From Methanomethylovorans sp. (GTDB lineage: Archaea; Halobacteriota; Methanosarcinia; Methanosarcinales; Methanosarcinaceae): 24,000 bases of DNA. The notes below the pieces were generated by a model that was not told where the DNA came from, did not search any database, and was given only the letters and a program-made list of their open reading frames with translations. The DNA is taken from assembly GCA_014361205.1 (NCBI GenBank), contig JACIVZ010000011.1, forward strand, positions 1-24,000. Direction: 5' to 3'. The translations under genes and the position numbers were made by a program. Below are positions 16,214 through 24,000 of this stretch, piece after piece. Position 1 is the first letter of the stretch; every line of letters begins with the position of its first letter.

Positions 16214-18868
16214 ATGGATTTAAATCGTTTTACTCAGAAAGCCCAGGAAGCTATCCAGCACTCAACCACAATTGCTGCCAGATACCACAACCAGCAGATA
16301 GATTGTGAACATCTGCTTCTTGCAATGCTAGAACAAAGAGGAGGATTAGTACCTACAATTTTGCAGAAGCTTGATGTAGATCCTGGAAAAGTCATGGAAA
16401 AAGTTGAAAATAAGATTGCAAGCCTGCCACAGGTATCAGGTCCTGGGGGAGAACAGGTTTACATGACTCAGACACTTAAGAGAGTGCTGGATGCCGCTAA
16501 CAAAATAGCGGAAAAAATGCAGGACGAATATATCAGCGTGGAACATCTGCTCATTGCTATTACAGATGAAAAAGATTCTGTATCAAGTAAGATATTGGCA
16601 GGCGAAGGTGTAACAAAAGATCGTATTCTTGATGCAATTAAGCAAATAAGAGGAGGTAGGCGCATCACCTCAGAAAACCCAGAAGATACAATGGAGCCAC
16701 TTAAAAAATATGGAATAGATTTCACTGAACTTGCAGCGCAGGGTAAGCTTGATCCTGTCATCGGCAGGGAACAGGAGATAAGACGCACCATAGAGATCCT
16801 GTCACGGCGCAGGAAGAACAATCCAGTTCTTATCGGGGAGGCAGGTGTAGGTAAAACAGCTATAGTAGAAGCACTTGCACAACGTATTGCAAAGAAAGAT
16901 GTACCAGATGCAATGAAAGATAAGCGGATAGTTGCATTGGACATGGGAGCACTCATTGCAGGTGCAAAATTCAGAGGAGAGTTTGAAGAAAGACTGAAAG
17001 CTGTGCTCAAGGAAGTTGTTGAATCCGAAGGGCAGATTATTCTGTTTATAGATGAACTGCATACTATTGTAGGGGCTGGAGCTACAGAAGGTGCTATGGA
17101 TGCAGGAAATTTGCTTAAACCCATGCTTGCACGTGGTGAGCTGCATTGTATAGGTGCCACTACTGTCAATGAATATCGTAAATATATTGAAAAGGATGCA
17201 GCACTTGAACGTCGTTTCTTGCCGGTTTTTGTAGAAGAACCAACGGTAGAGGATACTATTTCGATTTTGCGTGGTCTTAAAGAGAAATATGAAGTACATC
17301 ATGGTGTGCGTATTAAGGATTCTGCATTGGTTGCAGCTGCCATAATGAGCCACAGATATATAGCTGACAGGTTCCTGCCTGATAAAGCCATTGATCTTGT
17401 TGACGAAGCTGCTGCAAAGAAAAGAACTGCTATTGATAGCAAACCTGCAGAACTTGATGAAGCTGACCGTAAGATAATGCAGCTTGAAATCGAAAGAGAA
17501 GCCCTCAAGAAAGAGAAGGATGAAGCATCAAAAGAAAGACTGGAAGCTTTGGAAAAGGAACTTGCAGATATCCGGGCTGAATCAGATGCCATGAGAGCAA
17601 AGTGGAATCAGGAAAAAGAAATTATAGCCAAACTTAATTCCATTAAGCAGCAAATTGAAGAAATCAAGATACAACTGGAGCTTGCCGAAAATGATAACAA
17701 TCTGGAATTGGCTTCCAAGCTTAAATATGGTAACCTTATTCCTCTCCAGCATCAGTACGCCCAGGAAGAAGAGAAACTTAAGCAAATGCAGGGAGAAATG
17801 CTTCTAAGTGAGGAAGTAGGTGAAGAAGACATTGCTGAAGTAGTTTCTGAGTGGACAAAGATCCCTGTTACAAAGCTTCTGGAAGGCCAGCGCGAAAAAC
17901 TTATGCGTATCGAAGAAAACTTGCACCGTCGTATAGTAGGTCAAGAAGAAGCTGTAAAAGCGGTAGCTGATGCTGTGATACGAGCTTATGCTGGTATCAA
18001 AGACCCAAGAAGACCCATTGGAAGTTTTATATTCCTAGGTCCAACTGGAGTAGGGAAGACCGAATTGGCAAAAGCTCTTGCAGCTGAGTTGTTCGATGAC
18101 GAAAAAAACATGATCCGCATAGATATGTCCGAATATATGGAAAAACATACAGTTGCTCGTATGATCGGTGCACCTCCAGGTTATATCGGCCATGACGAAG
18201 GTGGGCAACTGACAGAGGCTGTGAGAAGGAGACCCTATGCAGTGGTGCTTTTTGATGAGATTGAAAAAGCCCATCCTGATGTATTCAATGTCATGTTGCA
18301 AATATTGGATGACGGAAGACTTACAGATTCAAAGGGTAGGACAGTGGATTTCAAGAACACCATCATTATTATGACCTCCAATATCTTTGCTGGAGACTTG
18401 ACAAAGCTGCTGAGTGTTCCTGACGGAACATACAGGCCGGAACAGGGCATACCTGAAGTGTTACATAAGGGAGGTTATGAATATGCTCAGTTGCAAGCAA
18501 GAGCTCTCAGCGAGCTTGGAAAGTATTTCAGACCTGAGTTTCTCAATCGTATTGATGAAATTGCCATTTTCCATGCCCTAAGACCACATGAACTTGCAAA
18601 GATAGTAGACCTTAAGGTTGCAGATCTTGTGGAGAGGCTGCATGACAAGAGAATACACCTGGAGATCACAGATGAAGCAAAACAATATCTGGGCAGAGTA
18701 GGCTACAGTGATACATTCGGTGCCAGGCCTCTAAAACGTGTTATTCAGAACGAAGTGGAGACTAAAGTAGCAAAGCTTATAGTTGCAGGCAAGGTTACTG
18801 AAGGATCGACTATCGTTGTTGATGTAAGAGATAATCAGATCGTATTGGACATTGTCCAGAAAGTATAA
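16214..18868 (+). CDS. clpB: Disaggregase ClpB (class I AAA+ chaperone)
   Basis: 884 aa. It has a Clp N-domain, NBD1 Walker [13 protein letters not shown], Walker B ILFIDELH, a long coiled-coil M-domain (residues ~410-530), NBD2 Walker [13 protein letters not shown], Walker [12 protein letters not shown], and GARPLKR. No ClpP-binding IGF loop was seen. A GGAG RBS precedes the start. Confidence 0.97.
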   Translation: MDLNRFTQKAQEAIQHSTTIAARYHNQQIDCEHLLLAMLEQRGGLVPTILQKLDVDPGKVMEKVENKIASLPQVSGPGGEQVYMTQTLKRVLDAANKIAEKMQDEYISVEHLLIAITDEKDSVSSKILAGEGVTKDRILDAIKQIRGGRRITSENPEDTMEPLKKYGIDFTELAAQGKLDPVIGREQEIRRTIEILSRRRKNNPVLIGEAGVGKTAIVEALAQRIAKKDVPDAMKDKRIVALDMGALIAGAKFRGEFEERLKAVLKEVVESEGQIILFIDELHTIVGAGATEGAMDAGNLLKPMLARGELHCIGATTVNEYRKYIEKDAALERRFLPVFVEEPTVEDTISILRGLKEKYEVHHGVRIKDSALVAAAIMSHRYIADRFLPDKAIDLVDEAAAKKRTAIDSKPAELDEADRKIMQLEIEREALKKEKDEASKERLEALEKELADIRAESDAMRAKWNQEKEIIAKLNSIKQQIEEIKIQLELAENDNNLELASKLKYGNLIPLQHQYAQEEEKLKQMQGEMLLSEEVGEEDIAEVVSEWTKIPVTKLLEGQREKLMRIEENLHRRIVGQEEAVKAVADAVIRAYAGIKDPRRPIGSFIFLGPTGVGKTELAKALAAELFDDEKNMIRIDMSEYMEKHTVARMIGAPPGYIGHDEGGQLTEAVRRRPYAVVLFDEIEKAHPDVFNVMLQILDDGRLTDSKGRTVDFKNTIIIMTSNIFAGDLTKLLSVPDGTYRPEQGIPEVLHKGGYEYAQLQARALSELGKYFRPEFLNRIDEIAIFHALRPHELAKIVDLKVADLVERLHDKRIHLEITDEAKQYLGRVGYSDTFGARPLKRVIQNEVETKVAKLIVAGKVTEGSTIVVDVRDNQIVLDIVQKV

Positions 18869-18886
18869 AGCAAGTATAAACTTGCT
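18869..18886 (+). terminator. Short hairpin immediately after the clpB stop
   Basis: AGCAAGT-ATAA-ACTTGCT forms a 7-bp stem with a 4-nt loop starting 1 nt after the TAA. T-rich tracts follow within 10-40 nt. Confidence 0.35.
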
Positions 18887-19032
18887 GAACAAACCTATTT
18901 TACCAATATGGTCAAAATTATCCTATTTATTTTTTATTTAAGTTGCTTTGAAATTCCAGAAAATAAATATACCCCTTTGTACAATATTCGCACATCCGAA
19001 CAAAACCTATAAAATATAGAGGAGATTATTTG

Positions 19033-19719
19033 ATGAACATCGAAGAGATCCACAAATTAGGAGCAGAACTTATAGATATACTCTCTCTGGAAACATCACC
19101 TGTCGCAGTACATCTTGTTAAAGCGGGTGAAAAGCTGCCTGAGAATATACTCAGAATTGCCGAAAATACTAGGCATTGTCAGATGGTTGATAATGTCAGA
19201 AGGAATGGCTATCAATTCTATACTTTGCTTGAAGACCATATGTGTAAAGGTGGAGCAGCAGTAATGGGACTTACAGAAATGGGAGAAAAACTAAAAACTG
19301 GAGAAGTATACTATCATCTGAATCATTTTGAATCTCTGGATGCTGCAAAAAAAACTATGGAAAAAGTACCAAGCATAGCAGCACATTCAATAAAAGCTGT
19401 CGTATATTCACCTCTTGAGAAAACTACATTTAAACCAGACATTATTTTAATAATAACAAATCCCAAAAAAGTAATGGAACTATCTCAGGCATTAGTACAC
19501 AAAAAAGGAGGACGCATAAATGCAAGTTTTGCAGGCAAGCAGAGTGTTTGTGCAGACGGTGTAGCTTATCCATACCTTTCAGGTGAAGCTGGCGTGACAG
19601 TGGGATGCAGCGGTAGCCGCAAGTACACTGAAATAAAGGACGATGAGATGATAATAAGTATACCTGTAGACATGCTACCAGAGCTTGTGGCATCTGCAAA
19701 AACGATGTTCAGCAATTGA
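19033..19719 (+). CDS. DUF169-family protein (copy 1)
   Basis: About 228 aa, starting at ATG 19033 with a GGAG RBS about 8 nt upstream. Family motifs are SPVAV.L, TRHCQMV, HMCKGGAAVMGL and CADG...VGCSGSRKYTEI.DDEMIISIP. It is homologous to the ORF at 21815-22519. Confidence 0.8.
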   Translation: MNIEEIHKLGAELIDILSLETSPVAVHLVKAGEKLPENILRIAENTRHCQMVDNVRRNGYQFYTLLEDHMCKGGAAVMGLTEMGEKLKTGEVYYHLNHFESLDAAKKTMEKVPSIAAHSIKAVVYSPLEKTTFKPDIILIITNPKKVMELSQALVHKKGGRINASFAGKQSVCADGVAYPYLSGEAGVTVGCSGSRKYTEIKDDEMIISIPVDMLPELVASAKTMFSN

Positions 19720-20125
19720 AATATAATCCTGAAGATTTTTCATTTGAGTGATTGTGGGACCTTAGTGCCTATGTCAAGTTTGTCACTCAACTATAATCCT
19801 TTCTTTTACTAAAATGAACTTTCCTGATTAGTTACATTATATCTTATGAGAAGAATGTTTTTCTGTAACTATTCCACTAAAAAAATCAAGATAGCTTCTT
19901 GTAGGTAGCATTTTTTTTATTCGTCCTATGAATGCATGGAATGAAAGAGAACCAGAGAAGTCAATGAATCTGTTTTACAGGACATTACTTTCAATGGAAA
20001 AACATATATCATGATTTAAGAATAATAGTTATGTGTCTGTTTTTTATTAAAGAATTGTCAAGCATGATAGCTTAAGAACAACAACTATTGATTGAAATTT
20101 AAGTCACATAAAATGGGGGATTAGT

Positions 20126-21316
20126 ATGAAACGGAGTATACTGATTTTGGGAGCAGGCTATTCTGGCTCGGTAGTAGCCAACATACTTGCCAGAGAGTTT
20201 AGGAAAAAGATAGCAAAAGAGGAATTGGAGATTACTATTCTTGACAAAAATGATATAACTATAAATCAAGGTGGTTTTACTTTTATTCCTTTTGGACTCT
20301 ATACGCCTGAGGAGATCACAATACCTAGAAAGAAAGTTATAAGTCCCAGAGTTAAAACCTTTTTCGGAAAAGATGGTGAAGTAACATTTATAGACCTTAA
20401 GAATAAGGAGGTCATGGTCAGAAGCGATAAAAAATATAGCTATGATTATCTTGTTATTGCAATGGGATGTACAGCTGATATAAATGCAATACCTGGACTT
20501 GCGGATGATCTGAACACTTTCTATACATCAATTGAAGATGCATTCAAAGTGCGAGATCTTGTAAAAAATATAAATAGTGGAAAAGTTGTAGTATGTGTCG
20601 CCTCAATGCCCGTTCCATGTCCAGGTGCACCTGTAAAATTCACTTTTATGCTGGAAAGTTATCTGCGTCATATAAAGAAGAACAGAGATGACGTACATTT
20701 AACCCTTGTTTGGCCCATGGAGCCTATTGGGCCACCTGAGTTTAACAAGCTTGTCACAGAAGAGTTTAAACAAAAGAATGTAGAGATAATTAGGAATTTT
20801 CCACTGTCTATTGTTGACACTAGTAAAAAGGAAATAGCATCAAAGAATGGAGATAAGATAAACTATGACCTTTTGATCACAGTTCCACCACACAAAGCTC
20901 CACAAGTGTTGATAGATTCAGGTCTTGCAGATGAAAAGGGCTGGATATCTGCAGATAAAGCCACACTACATTACAGAGGACCTGCAGGTAGCTATGACAA
21001 TGTATATGTACTCGGAGACCTTGGTCCTGCTGATATCCTTAAAACAGGGATTGGTGCACACTATCAAGCCATCGCAGTGAGCCAGAATCTCAGCAATGAT
21101 ATTTATGGAAATAAAATAAAGACCCTATATATGGGGGAAACTGGATGTCCTATTGTGACTGAACTGGAATCTCCATTCACTAAAGGAAAAGGATACATTG
21201 CAACTTGGAAATATGGAATGCTTCCATCTCCCTTCACAACTACAAATATGGGATGGTTCCTTTACCGCATGTATTATTACATCCACTGGGACATCAGCGT
21301 AAAGGGGATGTTCTAA
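20126..21316 (+). CDS. FAD-dependent sulfide:quinone oxidoreductase (SQR)-like / type II NADH dehydrogenase-like flavoprotein
   Basis: 396 aa. The N-terminal FAD fold is ILILGAGYSGS. VPCPGAPVKF (Cys165) and GETGCPIV (Cys341) sit where the SQR redox cysteines lie. The second dinucleotide-type motif is YVLGD. The C-terminus is aromatic and amphipathic (MGWFLYRMYYYIHW). Confidence 0.85.
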   Translation: MKRSILILGAGYSGSVVANILAREFRKKIAKEELEITILDKNDITINQGGFTFIPFGLYTPEEITIPRKKVISPRVKTFFGKDGEVTFIDLKNKEVMVRSDKKYSYDYLVIAMGCTADINAIPGLADDLNTFYTSIEDAFKVRDLVKNINSGKVVVCVASMPVPCPGAPVKFTFMLESYLRHIKKNRDDVHLTLVWPMEPIGPPEFNKLVTEEFKQKNVEIIRNFPLSIVDTSKKEIASKNGDKINYDLLITVPPHKAPQVLIDSGLADEKGWISADKATLHYRGPAGSYDNVYVLGDLGPADILKTGIGAHYQAIAVSQNLSNDIYGNKIKTLYMGETGCPIVTELESPFTKGKGYIATWKYGMLPSPFTTTNMGWFLYRMYYYIHWDISVKGMF

Positions 21317-21328
21317 GGAGGGAGGATT

Positions 21329-21697
21329 ATGAGAGGCGAAAACAACATAGACAATATATCAGGAATCGAGATTACACCCACAGATGTTGAAGCTGTGTTA
21401 GACCTTATACGAACTGCGGGAATACTACAGAACTATATTAACGATGAAACTGCCCATGGTATTGCACGGCTTTTGTCAGCTGTATTGAAGATAACCAATA
21501 CGATAATTAGCACTGATTTTGTTGACGTGGTGGAAAGAGGGTTCCAGGACCCAGAACTTGACAAAGCGCTCATCAACCCTCCAAAAATTGGAATCGGAAG
21601 TTTGCTGAAGCAGACACAGGATGAAGACTTCCAGAAAGGTATGGGTCTCATGATAGAACTGATTAAAGCATTGGGACGAGCAACAGAAGATATTTGA
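21329..21697 (+). CDS. DUF1641-family protein
   Basis: 122 aa, with an AGGAGGGAGG RBS, starting 12 nt after the SQR-like stop. The C-terminal segment GSLLKQTQDEDFQKGMGLMIELIKALG matches the DUF1641 signature (L.......D...Q.G.G....L.KALG). Confidence 0.75.
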   Translation: MRGENNIDNISGIEITPTDVEAVLDLIRTAGILQNYINDETAHGIARLLSAVLKITNTIISTDFVDVVERGFQDPELDKALINPPKIGIGSLLKQTQDEDFQKGMGLMIELIKALGRATEDI

Positions 21698-21814
21698 AAA
21701 TATTAGCTCTTTTCAAGAGCAAAATATATTATCTTATAATGAATTTCCAACAACACTTGTTAATACTATTCTTTTTTCCTAAAAATGACATAATAATTTT
21801 TAGAAAAGAGATGG

Positions 21815-22519
21815 TTAAATTTCCCTTTTTCTTGCTTTTTGCATTGGTCCTTCGTGTATTATCTCAAGGGCTTCAACAATTTTTTCCAGGTTTGCATATG
21901 GTATTCCAGCCATCATTTCTTCATTTTTAATATCCGTAGACTTGCGACATCCGAAACATCCAAGGCTCATGTTCATTCTACCTGTTTGCAAAGGAATGAG
22001 AGTAGAATCCACACATGTTGCCTGGAAAGCTGCTGTACTGAATGTTTGTCTTCCACCTTCAAAAAAGGTCGCTGCCGGAATAAGCCAGTAGAGAGTTTCG
22101 GGAAGGTCCACAAGGATTACTATATCAGGTTCGAATTCAAACTCTTTCAACGGACCAACAACTGTAGCAACTATACTTCCATTTTCCAATTCAGAACGTT
22201 GGGATATCATATTTGCAGCTGCTTCGGCACATCCAAACATTCCAAGGTTCGCATGGAATTCACCTGATTTTACTTTAGTAGGGATTGGAACCAAACCCAA
22301 ACTTGATGCGCCCACTACACAAGCATGCTTTTCAGCTGGGATAATAAACGATTCACCTTTTCTTGCTCTCATTATGGACTGGCAGTGCCTTATAGTGTTT
22401 TCTGGCTCTGAAAAGCAACGAGGAATATTTTGTCCTTTCCAAACCAATTTAACAGCTACAGGTTCATATTTCAGGCCCAGGATCTTTACAAGCTTATCAG
22501 ATATATCAGAATTCTTCAT
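21815..22519 (-). CDS. DUF169-family protein (copy 2)
   Basis: 234 aa. Motifs are EPVAVKL, IRHCQSI, HACVVGASSLGL and CVDS...LGCFGCRKSTDI.NEEMMAGIP. It is convergent with the SQR-like/DUF1641 pair. Confidence 0.8.
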   Translation of the reverse strand: MKNSDISDKLVKILGLKYEPVAVKLVWKGQNIPRCFSEPENTIRHCQSIMRARKGESFIIPAEKHACVVGASSLGLVPIPTKVKSGEFHANLGMFGCAEAAANMISQRSELENGSIVATVVGPLKEFEFEPDIVILVDLPETLYWLIPAATFFEGGRQTFSTAAFQATCVDSTLIPLQTGRMNMSLGCFGCRKSTDIKNEEMMAGIPYANLEKIVEALEIIHEGPMQKARKREI

Positions 22520-22962
22520 ACTATAAGAATCCTTGAAGATACTATTTAAATTTAACAGTGGTTGGATGTGTAGAAATGTTATGTTTAATATAAGTATCTT
22601 GACATACTGTAAGGTTATGCATTAAGAGCTTCACTCCTTTGGTTTTGCAGCATCGTTCCAGCAATTTCATAGCTTGCTTTATGTCTTGTACAGGTTTACC
22701 AGATATTGTAAAAACAGTGATAACAAAATTTTTTGTATCGATAGAAATACTCACTTTCAGGAATAATCTACATTTCTTTTCCGTCCTAATAGAGTAATAG
22801 TAGCTACAATGACCACTGTAACCCCCTTTGAATCAATTAAGTGAGATCCTTTTTTACTATATGAGTGAAAGTCACAATAAAAAAAGCAGACTTTAAATTT
22901 AGAGTGGGAAATATCAAACGTGGGGTTCCTATTAAAAAATTGCTGTGTTATGGGAATCACAG

Positions 22963-23364
22963 CTATGATAAGAGCACTTCCTGAGCTCTTTTAAATATCA
23001 GATCTGCAATGAGCTCATCACTTCCAAGAGGCTTTCCGTAGAGAATTTTTACCTCTCTTCCATTCATTTTTATGCTGCCTTTGTTGGTCTGGGGATCCAG
23101 TTTCAATATTTCTGGAATGTCTTTGGTGATATGTACACCAGATGCAAGAAATACAGGCACTGCGACAATTGTACTTACACCTGTATCCTGAAATGAAAGT
23201 AATGCTTCTTCCACTGAAGGAGAACTCATTTCCATAAATCCGGCTTTTACAACATATTCAGGGTGCTTTTTTGCAATAATGTCTGCAATTTCCGTAACTA
23301 CCTGATTGTTATAGGGCAATCTGCTTCCATGTCCTATAGCAAGAATACCAATCTTTTCGTTCAT
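22963..23364 (-). CDS. cfbA: Small sirohydrochlorin chelatase CbiX(S)/CfbA (cobalto-/nickelochelatase)
   Basis: 133 aa. [14 protein letters not shown] holds the catalytic His and [16 protein letters not shown] the second His. The size is typical of archaeal CbiX(S), which acts as the Ni-chelatase CfbA of F430 synthesis in methanogens. Confidence 0.88.
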   Translation of the reverse strand: MNEKIGILAIGHGSRLPYNNQVVTEIADIIAKKHPEYVVKAGFMEMSSPSVEEALLSFQDTGVSTIVAVPVFLASGVHITKDIPEILKLDPQTNKGSIKMNGREVKILYGKPLGSDELIADLIFKRAQEVLLS

Positions 23365-23495
23365 ATATGAATCACCTTTTTGAAAAATTGTAGCAATAAT
23401 CCTATTAAAAGTGTTACTACTCGCATCTTCTAAGTTTTAATCAAATATAGTTCTTTTGCATTTCTACTACAAAACAGAAAATTGAAAAATTTAAA

Positions 23496-24000
23496 CTATA
23501 ATATCCTGTATTCAGCACTGTAGATATACATATTAGGCTCTCTCACGAAACCTACCAGGGTAAGATCCGCATCCTGTGCGAGTAACACCGCCTCCTGCAC
23601 AGTGGCTCCTTTACTTGCCATTAGAGGAAATCCTGAATATATGGCTTTGGATACCATAGTACCTGCAAGCCTGCCTGTAGTAACAAGTGCACACCTGGAA
23701 ATATCTATGCCTTCAAGCAATGCTTTACCAACTGCCTTATCTACTGAACAGGAACGTCCTATGTCTTCACAAAAAACAAGGATATTGCCTGATGTATCAC
23801 ATACCAGCGAAGAGTGAGCACCACCGGTCTTTTTCCATGCATTGCCCCATTCTTTCAGTTTCTCTACTGCATTGAATATGACCTGATGAGGAAAAAAAAC
23901 ATCTCTGGGTAAGAAAGGGTGACTTTTGGGAATAAAAAGGGTTGTTCCGCATCTTTCCACTCTCCCCAAATTAAAAAGCTCAGATGTATCCATATCGATT
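23496..24000 (-). CDS. fdhD: FdhD-like sulfurtransferase (formate dehydrogenase / molybdoenzyme accessory), possibly 5'-truncated by the window edge
   Basis: The FdhD C-terminal domain pattern is present: TGGAHSS...EDIGRSCSVDKAVGKAL...TGRLAGTMVSKA...G.P....GATVQEAVLLA....TLVGFVR. The usual GRHNA.DK motif is altered to GRSCSVDK. The frame stays open from the ATG at 23993 to the end of the window. Confidence 0.7.
   Translation of the reverse strand, partial: IDMDTSELFNLGRVERCGTTLFIPKSHPFLPRDVFFPHQVIFNAVEKLKEWGNAWKKTGGAHSSLVCDTSGNILVFCEDIGRSCSVDKAVGKALLEGIDISRCALVTTGRLAGTMVSKAIYSGFPLMASKGATVQEAVLLAQDADLTLVGFVREPNMYIYSAEYRIL

Noticed and set aside
16468-17592. Three long antisense ORFs (233, 183 and 97 aa) inside clpB
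   Set aside because: They are Ser/Cys/Phe-rich, low-complexity translations opposite a strongly conserved gene, so they are shadow ORFs.
19722-19800. MITE or small insertion with a 9-bp target-site duplication
   Set aside because: The segment between the direct repeats has no terminal inverted repeats, and I see no other copy in this window. I kept it only as a low-interest structural observation.
19928-20014. 28-codon upstream ORF (MNAWNEREPEKSMNLF...) in the SQR-like leader
   Set aside because: It has no RBS and no recognisable features, and ORFs of this length are expected by chance.
21694-22267. 78-aa and 142-aa plus-strand ORFs overlapping DUF169 copy 2
   Set aside because: They are antisense to a gene with clear family motifs, and their sequences are Phe/Cys/Ser-rich and implausible.

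Overview
This window reads as a core-chromosome segment of a low-GC methanogenic euryarchaeon, probably Methanosarcinales-like. The lineage call rests on Fno, a duplicated-type EndA, CbiX(S)/CfbA and a methanogen-marker-like protein; it is an inference, not a database result. I support 25 protein genes and one gene relic, and saw no rRNA, tRNA, CRISPR array, IS element or obvious defence island. Left to right: F420H2:NADP oxidoreductase; a glutamate dehydrogenase relic with an in-frame internal deletion; a small zinc-ribbon protein; a coupled trio (DUS-like flavin TIM barrel with a duplicated Cys motif, CitG-like protein, DUF447); and a PHP phosphoesterase. A long minus-strand array follows, in transcription order radC-like, Mmp11/TiaS-like, IorA-like, endA, orf153, hflX. 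Then come a MobB-MoaE fusion; a wHTH regulator divergent from a contiguous bacterial-type chaperone block (groES-groEL-hsp20-clpB); a DUF169 / SQR-like flavoprotein / DUF1641 / DUF169 module; CbiX(S)/CfbA; and a partial FdhD-like gene. Most of the window is housekeeping. Three conserved modules of unassigned function are the best candidates for undescribed biology: the TIM-barrel/CitG-like/DUF447 trio, the IorA-like plus Mmp11/TiaS-like pair, and the DUF169-flanked SQR-like/DUF1641 unit. Smaller anomalies include a missing canonical start codon for DUF447, a perfect 15-bp tandem repeat upstream of clpB, and long-range inverted repeats in two 3' regions. All family assignments come from motif recognition by eye and need HMM or BLAST confirmation.
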